Assembly (NCBI RefSeq): GCF_003945235.1
Contig: NZ_RSDW01000001.1
Span: forward strand, 630,001 to 662,000
From: Edaphobacter aggregans
Lineage (GTDB): Bacteria > Acidobacteriota > Terriglobia > Terriglobales > Acidobacteriaceae
Direction of reading: 5' to 3'
Length of the DNA stretch: 32,000 nucleotides
The position numbers and the translations under genes are program-made. Below the pieces are notes generated by a model. That model searched no databases. It saw nothing but the letters and a program-made list of their open reading frames with translations, and had not been told where the DNA came from. How positions within the stretch are numbered: the first letter of the stretch is position 1; every line of letters starts with the position of its first letter. Below, one piece after another: positions 1-8,500 of the stretch.

Positions 1-342
1 CTGCAAGGTGGATGCGGTACGACGCCGATTGGCACGCGAGGAACGAATGGCTACTGCATGATCAATCCGACGGCATTTGCTGTGCCGGTGGGATCATTCG
101 GAAACATGGGGAAGATGCCGTTCCGTGTGCCGTCGTCGAATGGCATGGACTTTTCTCTGGTGAAGGAGACGCCGATCTGGGAGAGCGTGAATCTGGAACT
201 GCGGGCAGAGTCGTTCAATGTGTACAACGTTGTGATTCCTGGGAATCCGGGGACTACGATCGGGACGGCTTCGGCAGGATTGGCTACGACGCAGGGAAAT
301 ACTCCGCGCGAGCTGCAGTTCGGGGCGAAGATCATCTTCTGA
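1..342 (+). CDS. TonB-dependent outer-membrane receptor, C-terminal fragment (5' end lies outside the window)
   Basis: Frame 1 is open from base 1 to the TGA at 340-342. The terminal sequence ...NTPRELQFGAKIIF ends in an aromatic residue, as OM beta-barrels do, and fits the RxxQFGxKxxF ending of acidobacterial TonB-dependent receptors. Confidence 0.7.
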   Translation: MQGGCGTTPIGTRGTNGYCMINPTAFAVPVGSFGNMGKMPFRVPSSNGMDFSLVKETPIWESVNLELRAESFNVYNVVIPGNPGTTIGTASAGLATTQGNTPRELQFGAKIIF

Positions 343-390
343 GCTGAGAGCAAGGCGACAGACAGAGCGAAGACTGCAGGGTTCTGGGAC

Positions 391-1383
391 TCACGGCTGG
401 AAGGCAAAGATCTGCTTCCAGTCGTCTTTCATGCTGACCACGGTCCAGCCTTTGGCATTTGCCTCGTCGAGAGCTTTGTCGAGTTTGCCGACGGATGATT
501 TGCGGTCGTAAGCGTACTCTCGTTCGGCGTCGGTGTGGTGAACGAGGAGCATAAAACGAGGGCCTGGACCAGCGGCAGTCCATTCAAGCATCTGCTGGTC
601 GCCGTCGGAGTTGCCGAAGGCAGCGATGGGGCGTTCGCCTATGAATGTGTCGATCCCGACGGGCTTACCGGGACCATCGTCGACGAAGCTGATCTCGGGC
701 AGGCGCATGATGACAGGTTTTCCGTCCTGTGTCTCAAGCTGCGTCTTCATGGTGGTGCCGACGACCTGATCGGGTGGGATGCCATAGGCCTTCTCGGTCC
801 AGGGGCGCATGAATCCGACCTCGCCGCCGGACACGATGAAGGTCTTGAAACCGTTGCTGCGAAGGTACGCGAGTAGCTCGACCATGGGTTGATAGATCAG
901 TTCTGTATAGGGGTGGTTGAACTTTCGATCACGTGCCTGGGCGATCCAGTCGGAGACTGTCTGCTCGAATTGCTCGTTGGTCATGCCTGTGCTGGTTGCG
1001 ACGACGATCTGAAAGAGTCCCTTCTCGCCTGTGGCGGCAACGGCTTTCATGTCACCTTCAAGGATGCCTTTGAACGGCTGCTGTGTCTTCCACTCGGGAT
1101 GCTGGGGAGCCATCTGCTTTACGCGATCAAAGGCGAAGGCTACCTGGGTGTAGACGGGAGACTCAACCCATAGAGTGCCGTCGTTGTCGAAGGTTGCGAC
1201 ACGGTCGGCTGGAGGCACGAAGTCGGGGCCACCCTCTTTGGTGACGCGGTCTACGAAGGCGATGATGGCTTTCTTGGGTGCGGTATCGTTCCAGGAAGGA
1301 AGCGGATCCGATTGAGCCCACGCCGGGCAAGAGATAGCAATGGGCAGGTAGATGTAGAGGAGAACGCGCAACAACTTCTTCAT
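391..1383 (-). CDS. Secreted HAD-superfamily hydrolase (phosphatase-like)
   Basis: 330-aa ORF. N-terminal signal peptide MKKLLRVLLYIYLPIAISCPAWAQ. HAD motif I FDNDGTLW (DxDxT) and C-terminal FGNSDGDQQML acidic motif. Confidence 0.8.
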   Translation of the reverse strand: MKKLLRVLLYIYLPIAISCPAWAQSDPLPSWNDTAPKKAIIAFVDRVTKEGGPDFVPPADRVATFDNDGTLWVESPVYTQVAFAFDRVKQMAPQHPEWKTQQPFKGILEGDMKAVAATGEKGLFQIVVATSTGMTNEQFEQTVSDWIAQARDRKFNHPYTELIYQPMVELLAYLRSNGFKTFIVSGGEVGFMRPWTEKAYGIPPDQVVGTTMKTQLETQDGKPVIMRLPEISFVDDGPGKPVGIDTFIGERPIAAFGNSDGDQQMLEWTAAGPGPRFMLLVHHTDAEREYAYDRKSSVGKLDKALDEANAKGWTVVSMKDDWKQIFAFQP

Positions 1384-1429
1384 CGGATCCCTCCTGAAAA
1401 GATAGATCGTTCAGTGCACTATGAATCGA

Positions 1430-2680
1430 TCAGGTTTGCGGGGCCGATTTCACGCAGCGAAAACCGAGGTGGTTCGTGCCGGTGGTAGTCTCACCCTTGC
1501 CGCGGGTTCCCACCATATAGCGGGAGCAGTACTGGTCGGTGCAAAGATACGAGCCGCCGCGCATGGAGTGTTTCTGCACTCCGCGCTCTTCCGGATCGAA
1601 GGAGGAGTCGGGACCGGTAGGGTTTCGGGCTACGCCGCCCTCGGAGGCTAGTTGGCTGTAATAGTCAGCGCGGTACCAGTCGGAGGTCCACTGCCAGACG
1701 TTCCCCGCCATATCGTAGAGGCCATACCCGTTAGGCGGAAACTTTGTGACGGGTGAGGTAGCCGCAAATCCATCGTCGTCGGTGTTCTTATCGGGGAAGT
1801 GGCCCTGGAAAGTGTTGGCCATGTACTTACCATCGGGCTGGAAGGTGTCGCCCCATACGAAGGGTTTGCCGGTGAGACCTCCGCGGGCGGCGAACTCCCA
1901 CTCGGCCTCCGTGGGGAGACGCTTGCCAGCCCATTTGGCATAGGCCTGCGCGTCGTCGTAGGAGACATGGACGACGGGATAGTTCTCCTTGCCCTTGATG
2001 TCGCTGCCGGGGCCGGTCGGGTGACGCCAGTCCGCTCCCTTGACGTACGTCCACCATTGGAAGTGATCGTTGAGGGAGACCGGGTGATCGGGGGCGGAAA
2101 AGACGACAGAACCGGCGACTAGGTTCTCGGGGGGTGCGTCGGGGAAGTCCTCAGCTTTGGGTGTGCGCTCGGATTGGGTGATGTAGTGGGTGGCGGCGAC
2201 GAAGCGAGCGAACTCGGCGTTGGTGACGTCGGTCTTATCCATCCAGAAGCCGTCGACGTAGACACGGTGGATGGGCCGGGAGTCTTCCGTGGCCTTCATG
2301 CCTACGTGGTCGTGCTCCATGTCCGGTGGGTTCTGGGCCCCCATAGAGAATTCTCCGCCGGAAATCCAGACCATGCCCGATGGAGCTTTCTCCGTGGGCA
2401 TTGTCTTGTTGGGGATGGTGGGGGCGAAGGCGACGGTTCCTGATGCCATAGGCATTGCGGTGGGCGCAGGCATGGCGTTAGGTGTAGGTTCTGGCGGGGC
2501 TTTTACGGCGGATTTGACTGACGATGGAAGGACAGGTGCGGCCACGGCGGCGTTGGTCGAGGAGATCTTCCAGATGGCTGCACCCGCGATGGCGATGACC
2601 AGAAGTGCGAGTAGTACCAGGTGATGCGTTTTGTATCGGGCAGAGCGGACCTGTTTTGCGGCTTTATTTGCTTTCGGCAT
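1430..2680 (-). CDS. Formylglycine-generating enzyme (SUMF1/FGE-sulfatase domain) family protein, membrane-anchored
   Basis: C-terminal RGGSYLCTDQYCSRYMVGTRGKGETTTGTNHLGFRCV and WQWTSDWY are typical FGE-domain motifs. I prefer the start at ATG 2680-2678 (MPKANK...), preceded by GAGGAG, followed by a TM helix and an Ala/Pro-rich linker. The ORF-track start at 2767 is probably an overcall. Confidence 0.85.
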   Translation of the reverse strand: MPKANKAAKQVRSARYKTHHLVLLALLVIAIAGAAIWKISSTNAAVAAPVLPSSVKSAVKAPPEPTPNAMPAPTAMPMASGTVAFAPTIPNKTMPTEKAPSGMVWISGGEFSMGAQNPPDMEHDHVGMKATEDSRPIHRVYVDGFWMDKTDVTNAEFARFVAATHYITQSERTPKAEDFPDAPPENLVAGSVVFSAPDHPVSLNDHFQWWTYVKGADWRHPTGPGSDIKGKENYPVVHVSYDDAQAYAKWAGKRLPTEAEWEFAARGGLTGKPFVWGDTFQPDGKYMANTFQGHFPDKNTDDDGFAATSPVTKFPPNGYGLYDMAGNVWQWTSDWYRADYYSQLASEGGVARNPTGPDSSFDPEERGVQKHSMRGGSYLCTDQYCSRYMVGTRGKGETTTGTNHLGFRCVKSAPQT

Positions 2681-2868
2681 CAGGCTCCTCGTAAAGAAAG
2701 CCCTTAGACGGCAACTGACTGATCTTTGCGCTGTCACCCTTGGGGAGTAGAACGGGCTTGAGAGCAAAATCTATCACAGGGCGTTCAGCGGGTTCAAACT
2801 GTCTAGAGACGGGAAATTCATGGCTTTGTAATAAAGGGTTGCGGCCTGGGGGCTTTAGACTTGCGGGC

Positions 2869-3213
2869 ATGAGCGATCAGGCGTTGACGTACAGCTCCAG
2901 CGAGACCGGCCGGGAAGGTTTTGTCTTGATGAAGCTGGTTGGCCCGTTGGTGCTGCCGAACATCTTTTCCCTTCAAACCGAACTGAAGACGAACAAGCCA
3001 CCGGTCATGATCTTCGATCTGAGCGAGGTTCCTTATATGGACTCGGCAGGAATTGGGGTTTTGATTAATTACTACGTTTCGGCGGAGAAGAACGACCGCA
3101 GGATGGCCCTGGTGGGGGTTAATGAACGGGTGGATGCTCTGCTGGTCCTGACGAAAGTTCAGGCATTGCTGCGGAAGTTTCCAACGGTGGAAGAAGCCGT
3201 AGCCAAGGCTTGA
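2869..3213 (+). CDS. STAS-domain protein (anti-sigma-factor antagonist, SpoIIAA-like)
   Basis: 114 aa from ATG 2869 (MSDQALTY...). The stretch FDLSEVPYMDSAGIGVLINYY is the characteristic STAS phosphorylation-loop region. The ORF-track start at 2740 adds an unlikely leader. Confidence 0.8.
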   Translation: MSDQALTYSSSETGREGFVLMKLVGPLVLPNIFSLQTELKTNKPPVMIFDLSEVPYMDSAGIGVLINYYVSAEKNDRRMALVGVNERVDALLVLTKVQALLRKFPTVEEAVAKA

Positions 3214-3260
3214 AAGTCGGCTTTCAGTGTAAGGTTTTGAGTGCTGCAATGATGCGTGTC

Positions 3261-3686
3261 TTACAGCTGGCACGTTAACTGGGCAGGACTACCAACACAG
3301 GAGCCACAATGAGAATGTTTGTAGCCGAACGGCAATGAAAGACTGTTCCCGACCGAAGACTTTGTTGTTTTCCTCCGATGGGGTATGTGTCCAGGCCAGC
3401 CGGGCAATGATTGTGCCGTCCGGAAATGGAAGAGTTCCAGCGCGATAGGCTGAAATTGCCGGATCGTGCCCAGGATAGCGCGAAGATCGTTAAGATTGCC
3501 TTCCTCGTGGGCCACAGAGATCAATCTCCAGTCGCGATATCCGGGAGGAAGCTGAATTTCGGAGATGGAAGGTATTTCGTTAGCAGCCACTCCTGGTGTG
3601 AGTGCCTTGGAAACGATAGCGCCGACCATTGCTGCCCCCGCTAACCTTTCTTTCGGTTTATGCACCAGCGTGGTTCCTGTAACCAA
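3261..3686 (-). pseudogene. Cytochrome P460 family gene remnant (frameshifted, 3'-truncated)
   Basis: The N-terminal part reads LPPGYRDWRLISVAHEEGNLNDLRAILG, then loses the family pattern. After a 1-nt frame change near 3463-3468 the reading continues PAISAYRAGTLPFPDGTIIARLAWTHTPSEENNKVFGREQSFIA to a stop at 3289. The expected ~60-70 C-terminal residues with the CxxCH haem site are absent. Confidence 0.6.
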
Positions 3687-3942
3687 ACCGCCAGACTAGT
3701 GGCAATGTGAATCTCAAAACAATAGAGTTTCGTTTAGCCGGATGGCCCATACCTTACCTTCACCATAAATCGGGTGCCCAATATCTCGATTCTGAGATGT
3801 GGGCATTCGCGCAAAGCGCGAACCGCTTTTCCTTTCCCCACAGGAATGCCTCAAGCTTGGATGAAATATCAGGACAGATCAAAGTGGCTTCAGCCCCAGC
3901 CTCCGCCTAATCGCCCCAGATGCCCATTCAAAAATATGTCAA

Positions 3943-4140
3943 TCCCCAAACCCCACTAACTTGCTGCAAATCTGCAAGATAGGGGTGCGTAGTAATTACG
4001 TCCATTTCTCTATATAATGGATATAGAGCCCAAAAGCCTCGGCGTTAGCCCGAGGCTTTCTTTTTTGGAAGAGGTATAGTTTTCAGAAAGCAGGTACCCA
4101 CCGAAGTCCGGGGCTAAAGTATTACTTTTGAATACTTTGC
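3943..4140 (+). repeat. Copy A of a conserved non-coding leader module, upstream of the 4170 gene
   Basis: Colinear similarity to the reverse complement of 10371-10680: TCCCCAAACCCC, GTGCGTAGTAATT, an AT hairpin, a GC terminator hairpin, and a 40-nt block at 4101-4140 with 29/40 identity to copy B, ungapped. Confidence 0.6.
4033..4067 (+). terminator. Rho-independent terminator hairpin with no upstream + strand gene (orphan)
   Basis: AAAGCCTCGG (4033-4042), 7-nt loop, CCGAGGCTTT (4050-4059), then a CTTTTTT tract. It is immediately preceded by the perfect 8-bp AT hairpin CTCTATAT-aatgg-ATATAGAG (4008-4028). Confidence 0.75.
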
Positions 4141-4169
4141 AACCTTAAGTAAAGGAGGGGAGGTACTAG

Positions 4170-5054
4170 TTGCATAGAAAGCAAACCGTCTGGATCGGCT
4201 TTCTCCTGCTCTGCCTCCTAAGAGCAACCGCGTGGATAATTCCCTCTAATCCGGACTCCCTACCCGCGGCGGAACAACAAGCGCTCCTGTACGGTATCGC
4301 CGGAATCGGAGCGTTCCTCTTCGCGAGACGGGGACTAACCCACCGCCTGGGAACTTCTGCCTGGGCTTCGCTGTCCATCACTAGCGTGGGCTTGCTGGGA
4401 CTGCCAGTTGTGCTGATCGGCTGGGCTCAAGGAAGCATCACGGAGACCGGAATATCCGCGTTATTCGCAGCGGTCCCCGCAGTGGTAGCAATCGGAATGG
4501 CCACGGGAACCGAGGGAGCAGGACGCAAATTCCTGACCCCGGCACTAGTCGCATTCGGAGGCGCTTTATTACTCCTGCCGGTTGATCTACCTGGATCACT
4601 CTCGGGCGACCTGAAACTGGCCGGATTGATCTTGGCGATTCTCTTGGTCGGCATCTGCAGCGTGCGAATGTTCCGACTCCTACAGTCGGTCGCCTACCTG
4701 GATGCTGTCGTGATCATCGGGCTCTCAAACGCAGTCTTCCTGATGATCTACTGCATCACAAACGGCTCGTTCCTATGGCGATGGAACCAATTGGCCCCCA
4801 TCACCTCCATCGCATCGTCAATCGACCTGATCGAAATAGCATTGCTGGTCTGGCTGCTACGAGAGCTGCCACCGATCCGCCTGTCTGCCCGCTATCTGGT
4901 GATTCCTCTCCTCACCGTGATTGAGGGATACATCGTATTGCAACCACAGATCACCGCGAGGCTAACCGTCGGAACCACCCTACTCACCGCCAGCGCCGCA
5001 TGGATACTGTTCGCCCGAATCGAAGAGAATGAGCCCGTGTTGTCACTCTCCTGA
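4170..5054 (+). CDS. Polytopic inner-membrane protein, possibly DMT/EamA-like transporter
   Basis: 294-aa ORF with about 9-10 hydrophobic segments, the size and topology of drug/metabolite transporters. TTG start preceded by AAAGGAGGGGAGG (4151-4163). The family assignment is by impression only. Confidence 0.65.
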   Translation: MHRKQTVWIGFLLLCLLRATAWIIPSNPDSLPAAEQQALLYGIAGIGAFLFARRGLTHRLGTSAWASLSITSVGLLGLPVVLIGWAQGSITETGISALFAAVPAVVAIGMATGTEGAGRKFLTPALVAFGGALLLLPVDLPGSLSGDLKLAGLILAILLVGICSVRMFRLLQSVAYLDAVVIIGLSNAVFLMIYCITNGSFLWRWNQLAPITSIASSIDLIEIALLVWLLRELPPIRLSARYLVIPLLTVIEGYIVLQPQITARLTVGTTLLTASAAWILFARIEENEPVLSLS

Positions 5055-5503
5055 TGTTTTTCTACAGGAAGTTTGGAGGTAAACTGCGAGGGATGGCTGC
5101 TTCCATGTACATCGTAGTTGAGGGTGAAGACCCCGGGTTCGACATCTTCGTAAACGGTCGCTCCCTCGCACGACACGAAGACGCACTCGAGAAGCTCGCC
5201 CTCCGCCAAGGAGTGAAGCCCCTCATCGAATTCTTCTCCGCCGACGAAAACTCGATGTCCCTTCTCATCGAAGAAGGTGCAGGCAACAAGGAGTTGATCC
5301 AGCGACTGCCACCCCCACAGTGGTATTCGCCAGACGACGGACTCATCACCGTGCAGGCGCTGGTTCGAGCCCTTGAAGATGAACCACAACAGCTCGGCTC
5401 CGAGGGCGAGCAGGTACTCTCCGAACTCCTCGAATATCGCAAGGTACTCGAAAAAACCAGATCCCGCGATCTGCGTTGGCACCTCGCCGTTAGTTGGCGA
5501 TAA
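5054..5503 (+). CDS. Hypothetical soluble acidic protein (no family recognised)
   Basis: The ATG at 5054 overlaps the stop of the upstream gene (TGATG). Alternative starts at 5093 (MAAS) and 5105 (MYIVVEG). Composition looks coding, with no TM segments. Confidence 0.55.
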   Translation: MFFYRKFGGKLRGMAASMYIVVEGEDPGFDIFVNGRSLARHEDALEKLALRQGVKPLIEFFSADENSMSLLIEEGAGNKELIQRLPPPQWYSPDDGLITVQALVRALEDEPQQLGSEGEQVLSELLEYRKVLEKTRSRDLRWHLAVSWR

Positions 5504-5530
5504 AGATCTAAGTAACTCCGCCAGTGCGAT

Positions 5531-8500
5531 TTATTTGATGACCTGAAGACTCGGTTGGAGGATCTTGAAGATGCTCCCGCCTATCTCTGGAAACTGGTAG
5601 GCAAACCAAGTCAGGACTGGTATGGCTCCAAAGCTGATGACGCGGATGTAGAAATCGCGGCCGAGTTCGTTAGGCTTGGTGTCGGTGATGCGGCTGAGGA
5701 TGGCGTTGCGGTGCATCTGTGCAAAGACCCAGATGAAGCCACAGCCGAGGAAGACCATCAGAAGGGTGAAGCACCAGTCGATAAGTTGGTGGGGTTGGAA
5801 GGGGTAGGAGTTCCAGGCGATGATAGCGAATACGAAGGCCGATGAGACGAAGAGCATGAGATACCGGGTGTTGACGAGGACCGCGCGAATGAGTGCGACA
5901 TAACGAATGGTGAGGAGCTCTTCGGCCAAACGAATATGAGTGGGGTCTTCCGGTGCGTCGGGATCGGGTATGGATTTGGAGCTATCGGAACCGGGGTGCT
6001 CCCCTTCCCCCTCCTCAACGAAGCCAACGCGCCGCTCATTCCAGTAGGGGATGAGGAGGTAAGCGAGGAGATGTTCGCAGAATTTCGCATACAGCATTTC
6101 GATTCTGTAGATATAGCCAAGATCGTAGCGGTGATCCTCTTCGGGTAGATCGTCATCACCTGGAGGAGCGGCGGGGGGGTTGGGTTCAGGTTTCGGCGGC
6201 GGTCGCATGGTGATGCGCTTACGCAGTTCCGTGATCTGATCAATGAGCTCATCATAAGTATCTGAAAGGTCTTTCCAATGGGCCCCCTCGCCGATTGCTT
6301 GGGCGAGGTCAGGATTATTGATGAGTTGGCGCAGGGATTCGGTGGAACGAGCCATATCGCGCCACCGGAAATGGAGGCTGCTCTGGGAAAGCATGGTCAT
6401 CCAGCCGACATCCTTGAGGCGGGTAAAGGCAAGACGGAGAGGTGTGCGCTCGAGCGGTTCCAGAAGGCCACGACTCAGCGCACCCCAGATGAAGATCATA
6501 CGCAGCCAGCCAGTGAGCGCGACCATGATGAGTGGAAAGAAGAGCGTGGCAATGAGGAACTCGTATGCTGTGGGCCAATGTCCGGGATGTAGAAGGAAAC
6601 GTTCCAGGCTTTGAATATGACCGCAGAAGATGCAAATCGCGAACAGGCCGAGGTAGATGGCGAAGAAGATCGCGTTCAGTTTGGTAGCCGACCAGCCGGT
6701 GAATCGGCGGATCGTCTCTCGCGTGATCAGAAGACATGTGACGTTTTCTATAAGACAGGAGTCGATGGGGGTTTTACATTGCGTCAGAGCGCTGTCAGAG
6801 ACGAAGAGTGGATAGGGGCTTTTGGTCGGCACATTATCTGGAAGCCTTGGCCTGCTCATCGTGGAAAAACGGAGACGAGCGGTCTGGAAGACGGACCAGA
6901 GATACCAACTGAAGAGAAGAAGGAGGATTGGGACTACGGGAGAGACTCCGCTTGTGGGATGAAGCGAGCGGTAGCTGAAGAATGGTCCTACATAGGATGC
7001 TGTGCCGTCTACTGTCGTCCGAAGACATATCCATATCCACAAGAGAGGGACAGCGACAACCGTAATAAGTGCCACCAAATTGAAGTAGGGATAGAGGCGA
7101 GTAGTAGATTCAGGGTTGATGCCCTTCGCGCGCCCGGAATGGGGAAGGGTGCGGCTTAGGGTGGCTATAAGAGCGGCGAATCCGGAGAGTAATGTGATGG
7201 ATGCGACGGTGAGGCTAGGAGTATCTACAAAATAAAAACGGTCTGTCGAAAACAAGGGAAAGAGCATGGCAAAGAGCGGAAATGACACCACGAAAGCCAT
7301 GGAGAAGAGAACAGATGTGCCGATGTTGATGTAGACCGATCTTCGGCGAGGTTGGTCGTTCTGGCGAACGGCGAGATCGCGGGTAAAAGCTGACCAGTAT
7401 TCGGCAGACAACATGACGGTGGTGTGGCCGATGCACAGACTGGTAATGAGAGTGCAGAGGACAAACCAAAAGAGCGAGGGAGCAGAGTTGGGAGACGCTG
7501 GGGCAAGACGGGGCCTGAACTGACCGTCTGTCTGCGAACAGACCTTGAGGCTACCTTCAACGATATTGGGCAGGATAGTCCGTGTATCGCTTGCGCATGG
7601 ACTGAGAATTCCAAGGGGATAGTAACCATCCCCGCCGACGGTGGTGGCCCAGAGTGGAATCTGCATCGTGTCGTTCGCTGTGCGTTGATAACCGGCGAAG
7701 GTTGGCTTCGAGTTTGAGGTGCCGAACCAGAAGATGTAGCTTGCTGCATTGTAGGCACGCTCGGCGTGCGCATCGGAGAAAGCACGTGCGGAGCCATTGG
7801 CGTTCTCGAGATCGATCAAGGTATAGGGAGTGATGACAATAGAGCCAATGTAAGGGACGTTGTCGACGTCGCGCTCAATAAGCAGGTCGCCCCCGTTGTA
7901 GAAGACGAGTCTCGCATCGGGGCAGGCGCGATGGAGGAATTGAGCGAGAAAGATCTCGTCGAGGATATTGGAACCGGCGATAAGGATGTACTGCGTGCGG
8001 TTGCGCTGGAGTTGACGGGCGATGGCCATCAACTCGGCCTCCTGGGAGAGTGGAGTTTGGGCACTGGAGAAGTGAGGAACCGTGTCGTCGGCGTCAGAGT
8101 CCTTAAGCGAAAGGTTGAGATAGGGACTGGGGGCGGCGCTGGACTCGCCGGATGACTTTCCCCCTTGGTCGATCTGAGCGTTACGCAGTAGTGATATCTC
8201 GCGAGGAAAGCGGATCTGAATTCCGCCTTGCTTCCCACTAGCATTTGCGTCACCGAATACTGTTCCCTCCTCTACGAGAATCGCGATGCGTCGGACATCG
8301 TAACGGGATTTATTAAGAGCGTCGAAGAGTCGCGACAATTCGAAGCCTGTGTTTTCGGCGAAAGAGACATAAGTTATCTTTTGCTCACCCTTCTTCTGCG
8401 AATTGAGTTCGCTGTTTGCGATTCCAGTAGAGGTCTCGCCAGCAACAATGATTTCGGGAGGAGCGTGATCAAACTTCGCGTTTTCGAGACCTTCTCTGAG

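Noticed and set aside
2681-2868. N-terminal extensions given by the ORF track for the FGE gene (to 2767) and the STAS gene (from 2740); likewise 15700-15819 for the dehydrogenase
   Set aside because: The extensions overlap each other in a divergent promoter region and lack family similarity. Internal ATGs with better RBS or better N-terminal features exist.
3214-3260. Apparent continuation of P460 similarity (SKPYTES...GYGFFH versus SKKY..GWGFGHF) in a third - strand frame
   Set aside because: The GYGFFH part is simply the antisense of the STAS C-terminus (VEEAVAKA) and so is likely coincidental. The remaining match is too short to call.
3707-3959. Two overlapping + strand ORFs (67 and 61 aa) in the gap upstream of the orphan terminator
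   Set aside because: They have no Shine-Dalgarno sequence and an odd Pro/Arg/Cys-rich composition. The region's similarity to copy B is broken by frame-shifting indels, so the conservation is at the nucleotide level, not the peptide level.
5131-5145. GGGTTCGAC, resembling a tRNA T-arm
   Set aside because: It lies inside a coding ORF. No acceptor, anticodon or D-arm complementarity is visible around it.
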